DNA of 25,346 bases from Luteimonas sp. (GTDB taxonomy: Bacteria > Pseudomonadota > Gammaproteobacteria > Xanthomonadales > Xanthomonadaceae). Made by a program: the position numbers and the translations under genes. Below are positions 20,826 through 25,346 of the stretch, one piece after another (the first letter of the stretch is position 1; every line of letters begins with the position of its first letter). The stretch is from the NCBI GenBank assembly GCA_043737255.1, contig JAYTAY010000001.1, positions 1-25,346 of the forward strand. The letters are read 5' to 3'. A model generated the notes under the pieces. It did not search any database and was not told the origin of the DNA. It saw only the letters and a list, made by a program, of their open reading frames with translations.

Positions 20826-21497
20826 ATGACGATCAATTACGCCAAAGCCCGCGAAACCATGGTGGAACAACAAGTCCGGCCATGGAACGTGCTCGATGCG
20901 CGCGTGCTGGCAACGCTGCGCGACGTGCCGCGCGATGCATTCGTGCCGGCCGAGTATCGCGCGTTGGCCTACACCGACCTCGCGCTGCCGATCGGCCACG
21001 GCCAGACGATGATGAAGCCGGTGGTGGAAGGACGCATGTTGCAGGCGCTCGAAGTCGCCCCCGGCGACGAAGTGCTGGAAATCGGTAGCGGCAGCGGTTT
21101 CATCACTGCCTGCCTTGCCCGTCTGGCGCGCGACGTGGTGAGCCTGGAAATCAATCCGGAACTTGCGACGGCCGCGCATGAACGCCTGGCGCAACACGGA
21201 TACGACAGCAATATCCGCATCGAAATCGCCGATGCGTTTGCATGGGACACCGATCGGCGCTTCGATGCGATCTGCGTGACCGCCGCCGTCGACACCATTC
21301 CCTCGCGGTTTACCGATTGGCTGCGTCCTGGCGGTCGATTGTTCGTGATCCGCGGCCAATCGCCGGTCATGGAAGCGGTCTGCGTGCGTAGTCCGCGCGA
21401 AGGCGGGGATGTCAACGGTGCACGCATCGAGTCGTTGTTTGAAACCGATGTGCCTTATCTTGCTGGCGCTGAGCCAGTTGCCGAATTCCAGTTTTGA
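20826..21497 (+). CDS. pcm: Protein-L-isoaspartate O-methyltransferase family protein
   Basis: ARETMVEQQVRP, VPRDAFVP, AYTDLALPIG, SAM motif VLEIGSGSGF and LRPGGRL. Its position upstream of tolC matches the pcm-tolC operon known in Stenotrophomonas. Confidence 0.85.
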   Translation: MTINYAKARETMVEQQVRPWNVLDARVLATLRDVPRDAFVPAEYRALAYTDLALPIGHGQTMMKPVVEGRMLQALEVAPGDEVLEIGSGSGFITACLARLARDVVSLEINPELATAAHERLAQHGYDSNIRIEIADAFAWDTDRRFDAICVTAAVDTIPSRFTDWLRPGGRLFVIRGQSPVMEAVCVRSPREGGDVNGARIESLFETDVPYLAGAEPVAEFQF

Positions 21498-21511
21498 TCG
21501 AAGGATTCCAC

Positions 21512-22924
21512 ATGAGTCGCCGCCCGCTCGTTTTCGCCCTCGCCCTCGCCCTGGCCCTGTTGCCTGCCAGTGCCTTCGCCGAAGATCTGTTGCAGACCTA
21601 CGAGCTTGCGCGTAACAGCGACCCGCAATTGTCCGCAGCCGAATCACAACGCTTCGCCACCCGCGAAGGTGCGGTGCAGGCACGCGCGACGATGCTGCCG
21701 CAGATCAATGGCACGGCCACGTTGCAGCGTTCACGCAGCAACGGCGCGTCGAGCCAGACCCAGTTCGATCCAGCCAGCGGTGCGCCGATCCAGTTCAACG
21801 TCAGCCGCGAAAGCGAAACGACATCGCGCAATCTCGATGTCAACGCCCGGCAGATGGTCTACGACCGTGGAAATTTCACCCGGCTCAAAAGCCAAAACGC
21901 ATTGAGCAAAGCCAGTGATTTCCAACTGGAATCCGCGGGCGATACGCTGGTCACGCGCACGTCCCAGGCGTATTTCAATGTACTGGTCGCAACCGAGACG
22001 CTTGCGGCCGCCGAAGCGCAGGAAGCGGCGCTTAAGAAGCAGTTCGATTTCGCCGACAAGCGCCTGGAAGTCGGTCTTGCACCGATCACCGACGTGCACG
22101 AGGCCCGCGCGCAATACGACAGTGCCCGTGCCAACACCATCGTCGTGCGCAACGCACTGGAAGACGCCTATCAAGCGCTGGTCGAACTCACCGGCCAAGA
22201 AGTCCGAAACCTCAAGGGTTTGCCCGAAAACTTCCAACCTGCTTTGCCGGTCGAGCAGGCGGCAGAAGGTTGGGTCAACAGCGCAATCGAGAATAATCCG
22301 GCGTTGATCGCCAAGAAATTCCAGGTCGAGTCCTCCGAAGCGAACATCGAAACCGCGCGTGCTGGGCATTGGCCGTCGTTATATGTCAGCGGTGGTTACG
22401 GCGACCAGAGAAGTTTTGGCGACAGCAGCACCAGAGGGATCACCTTTCCTTCCGACAACGACAGCCGCGGCCCAAACATTGGACTGACCTTGAACGTGCC
22501 GATCTTTTCCGGGGGCGCCGTGCAATCGCAAGTGCGCCAGGCCATCGCACAGCGCGATGTTGCGCAGGACGAATTCGAGCAGCAAAAACGCGCGCTGGTG
22601 CGCAATACCCGCAACGCCTACCAGACACTGGTCGCCGGCATCAGCGAAGTCGAAGCCCGCCGCCTTGCAGTGTTCTCCGCGCGCAGCGCCTACGACGCGT
22701 CACAGGTGGGTCTGGAAGTCGGCACGCGCACCGTGCTCGACGTGCTCAACAACCAGCAGACCCTGTTCAACGCCGAGCGCGAATACGCGCTGTCGCGTTA
22801 CAACTTCCTGCAGAACCGCTTGTTGCTGGAACAGGCTGCCGGCACGCTGGATGTCGCCGACGTGCAGGACATCAACCGCCTGCTGACGGTCACGCCGGAA
22901 GCGCGTTTGAATCACGCGCCTTAA
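21512..22924 (+). CDS. tolC: Outer-membrane channel TolC
   Basis: Signal peptide, EDLLQTYELARNSDP, EVGLAPITDVHEARA and EVGTRTVLDVLN. ATG 21512 follows AAGGA. Confidence 0.95.
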   Translation: MSRRPLVFALALALALLPASAFAEDLLQTYELARNSDPQLSAAESQRFATREGAVQARATMLPQINGTATLQRSRSNGASSQTQFDPASGAPIQFNVSRESETTSRNLDVNARQMVYDRGNFTRLKSQNALSKASDFQLESAGDTLVTRTSQAYFNVLVATETLAAAEAQEAALKKQFDFADKRLEVGLAPITDVHEARAQYDSARANTIVVRNALEDAYQALVELTGQEVRNLKGLPENFQPALPVEQAAEGWVNSAIENNPALIAKKFQVESSEANIETARAGHWPSLYVSGGYGDQRSFGDSSTRGITFPSDNDSRGPNIGLTLNVPIFSGGAVQSQVRQAIAQRDVAQDEFEQQKRALVRNTRNAYQTLVAGISEVEARRLAVFSARSAYDASQVGLEVGTRTVLDVLNNQQTLFNAEREYALSRYNFLQNRLLLEQAAGTLDVADVQDINRLLTVTPEARLNHAP

Positions 22925-22933
22925 GCTTGCCTT

Positions 22934-22997
22934 TGCAGGAGTGGCTTGAGCCCCGAGGATTGCAGGCCCCCAGCGTCGGGCTCAAGCCCCTCCTGCA
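22934..22997. repeat. GCAG/GTAG-type REPIN between convergent tolC and waaA
   Basis: IR TGCAGGAGTGGCTTGAGCCCCGA(22934-22956)/TCGGGCTCAAGCCCCTCCTGCA(22976-22997). Confidence 0.85.
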
Positions 22998-23059
22998 TGA
23001 TTCTTCATCACCGGCTTCGATTCTTGATGGAACAATGGCAACACCGCGGATGCGTTGCG

Positions 23060-24361
23060 TCATTTGTCATCGTGCGGTAAATCCGACTTGATCAGCGCCA
23101 TCGTCCGCGTCAGTGCCCCTCGTCCCTGATCGACCAACGCACGGCCCGCAAGTGTCATTACCGCGCGTGCGTCTGCATCTTCCAGCAACGCTTCCAGCTC
23201 AGCCGCTACGGCGTCCGCATCGACCGCGATGCGCAACGCGCCGACAGCATCGAGTCTGGCCGCGATCTCGCTGAAGTTGTGCAGGTGCGGACCGGTAACG
23301 ATCGCCGTCCCGGCCGCGGCAGGCTCCAGCAGGTTATGTCCGCCAACCGCTTGCAGGCTGCCGCCGACGAATGCCACGTCAGCGCAGGCGTAGAACTTGC
23401 TCAGTTCGCCGAGGGTATCGATCACGAACACGTCGTCGCTGGCGTCCGGCCAGTGCGTGAGCCGCCGTGTCGCCACGCGCCAGCCCGCTTCGAGTGCAAG
23501 TTGCGCGACTGCACGAAACCGTTCGGGATGTCGCGGCGCCCAGAGCAACAAGGTCTGCGGCCATCGTTGCCGCAAGTGATGGTGCATCGCCACGACGGCG
23601 GCCTCCTCGCCATCATGCGTGCTGGCGGCGATCCAGATGCGGCGCGAGGCGCCCGAGCTGTTGCGGAAGGTTGCTACGAATTCCGCCACGTCATCGGTGA
23701 TCGCGACGTCATATTTGAGATTGCCGGTCTCGATGATGTGTTCCGGCATGGCACCGAGTTTGCGGAAGCGTTCCCCATCGGCAGCCGACTGCGCCGAGAT
23801 GCAGCGCAAGGTCCGCAGTGCGCGGCCGATCAACGGTGCCAACACGCGATAACCCCGCAACGAGCGTTCCGACAATCGCGCGTTGAGCACGTAGGCCGGG
23901 ATGCCGCGATCGCGGCAGCCAAACAGAAGGTTCGGCCACAACTCGGTTTCCAGGATCAATGCGAGCCGTGGCTGGAAGTGGTCGAGAAAACGCCCGACCG
24001 CGCCCGGCAAATCGTAGGGAAGATACACATGCTCCACCGTGTCGCCCCACAGGCTACGTACGCGCTCGGATCCGGTGGGCGTGATCGTGGTGATGACCAG
24101 GTGCAAATCAGGATATTCGCGCCGCAATGCGTTGACCAACGGCGCGGCAGCGCTGACCTCGCCAACCGACACCGCGTGCACCCAGACTGGCGCCGATTGC
24201 CCCGTAGAAGCGTACGACGCATAACGTTCATTCCAACGCTGGAAATACTCGCGCTGACGAAAACCGCGCCAGATCAAGTGATATACGGTGATCGGCACAA
24301 GCAAATACAGCACAGCCGAATACAGCCTGCGTAAGATGCGTTCGATGGAATCACCCTTCAT
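23060..24361 (-). CDS. waaA: 3-deoxy-D-manno-octulosonic acid (Kdo) transferase
   Basis: WVHAVSVGEV, YLPYDLP, ETELWPN, GNLKYD, AASTHDGEE, PRHPERF and FVGGSL...GGHNLLEPA. Start at ATG 24361. Confidence 0.96.
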   Translation of the reverse strand: MKGDSIERILRRLYSAVLYLLVPITVYHLIWRGFRQREYFQRWNERYASYASTGQSAPVWVHAVSVGEVSAAAPLVNALRREYPDLHLVITTITPTGSERVRSLWGDTVEHVYLPYDLPGAVGRFLDHFQPRLALILETELWPNLLFGCRDRGIPAYVLNARLSERSLRGYRVLAPLIGRALRTLRCISAQSAADGERFRKLGAMPEHIIETGNLKYDVAITDDVAEFVATFRNSSGASRRIWIAASTHDGEEAAVVAMHHHLRQRWPQTLLLWAPRHPERFRAVAQLALEAGWRVATRRLTHWPDASDDVFVIDTLGELSKFYACADVAFVGGSLQAVGGHNLLEPAAAGTAIVTGPHLHNFSEIAARLDAVGALRIAVDADAVAAELEALLEDADARAVMTLAGRALVDQGRGALTRTMALIKSDLPHDDK

Positions 24362-24654
24362 CGTTACAGCATAGCGAAGCCGCGAGCTCACTGAATACCA
24401 TTACCACTGACAGCGGTTGGCGACATCAACACAGTGCTCGAACCTTCGACACGCAGACAGGCTGGTCTTGTCGATCAGGGCTTGGTGTTGGTATCGGGAT
24501 TCAGACCTGTTGAAGCCGGGAGATAACCGCGACGATCGCTGCGCCACAGATATGCATCATCGTGCGGCAGGATGGATGGATATTTGATCTGAAGTCGCAT
24601 GGGTCAGTGCAAAATCAGCTGTCGCTCATCGAATTGGATGTGGAGAAAGCTGCT

Positions 24655-25346
24655 TCATGCGTCGGCATGTACCTGCCTTCTGGCATTGAATCGGTCGAAA
24701 CACGCATTCCAAGACAAGGGGCGATCCCGATACCAGCCGGCTTCAAATCCTGGCTTGGCGAACACGCCCCAATTCTGCCTGGGATGATGCCAATCGAGGG
24801 GTAAAAATTCCAGACCACGCTTGCGCGCCAGTTCGTCCAAGGTTTTGGATGTGAAACCAACACATTCTGGATAAATCCAGCCGCGACGTTCGTTATCCGT
24901 ATCGCTGGAAACATACGTCGCGACCAGCGCCCCGGATTCTCCTAATAAACCGCTTGCCTGGGCAAGCCACTGGTCAAGCAGATCCATGCCGCAGTGGCTG
25001 AAAATGGACTGCGCCAGCAGGTAATCGTATTTGCTGCCTTCCGCAAGGAGCTCGGAAGCCGAATCCGATAACACGAAACGGGGCTGCTTGATGTCGATCT
25101 GGTCCTGTCCCACCTCACTCTGGATGCCGTCATGTACGAGCCACTGGTTGGGCTCCAAGCCGGTATAGCCGCCATGATTGAGGTAGGGAATGAGCAGGCG
25201 CCCGATCCTCAGCGAACCGCAGCCGATGTCGAGCAACTGATGCTGCTGACGAAGGCCAAGTATCGTCAACAGGCCAAAGGACATTGCTGCCACCAGATCG
25301 TAATCATCGGGAGGACCGACATAGGCACGGTAATGGGCTTCGCCTG
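24655..25346 (-). CDS. Class I SAM-dependent methyltransferase, 5' end beyond the window
   Basis: SAM motif LLDIGCGSLRIG and post-II AQSIFSHC. The frame stays open to the window edge (GEAHYRAYVGPPDDYDLVAAM), so the real start is outside. Confidence 0.85.
   Translation of the reverse strand, partial: GEAHYRAYVGPPDDYDLVAAMSFGLLTILGLRQQHQLLDIGCGSLRIGRLLIPYLNHGGYTGLEPNQWLVHDGIQSEVGQDQIDIKQPRFVLSDSASELLAEGSKYDYLLAQSIFSHCGMDLLDQWLAQASGLLGESGALVATYVSSDTDNERRGWIYPECVGFTSKTLDELARKRGLEFLPLDWHHPRQNWGVFAKPGFEAGWYRDRPLSWNACFDRFNARRQVHADA

Noticed and set aside
21533-21560. Tandem CGCCCT/GGCCCT hexamers
   Set aside because: They simply encode the ALALALAL hydrophobic core of the TolC signal peptide.
24613-24658. 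Chain of tiny ATGA-overlapping ORFs (MKQLSPHPIR, MSDS) after the methyltransferase
   Set aside because: The chain ends about 250 bp before waaA and bridges nothing.

Overview
High-GC window (about 65% by eye) from a probable Xanthomonadaceae bacterium, inferred from protein sequences, gene order and REP types. Conserved backbone: a secreted hypothetical protein, hppA (K+-independent H+-PPase), ppa, two paralogous pore-loop ion-channel genes flanking a DUF4136 lipoprotein, thiC with a TPP riboswitch, a MexJK/SmeOP-like RND pump divergent from TetR-pcm-tolC, waaA, and a truncated lower-GC SAM methyltransferase. The second channel gene has an in-frame TGA. Between the RND pump and the thiC leader lies a probably accessory block: a GAF-GAF-GGDEF cyclase followed by a three-gene 2-oxoacid oxidoreductase (GltD-like flavoprotein with a ferredoxin domain, then alpha and beta subunits). 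Two things stand out. (1) Both internal junctions of the oxidoreductase operon hold repeat-containing insertions, and each is spanned exactly by a small ORF (27 aa and 71 aa) that overlaps the upstream stop and the downstream start through ATGA. These look like translational relays. (2) A 20-24 bp hairpin module (TGAC-CAGC-loop-GCTG-TTGWA) occurs four times, always nested inside arms of unrelated REP families. Intergenic DNA is rich in REP/REPIN elements of several families, one of them inside the TPP riboswitch leader. All product calls come from motif recognition and remembered family sequences; no database search was run.
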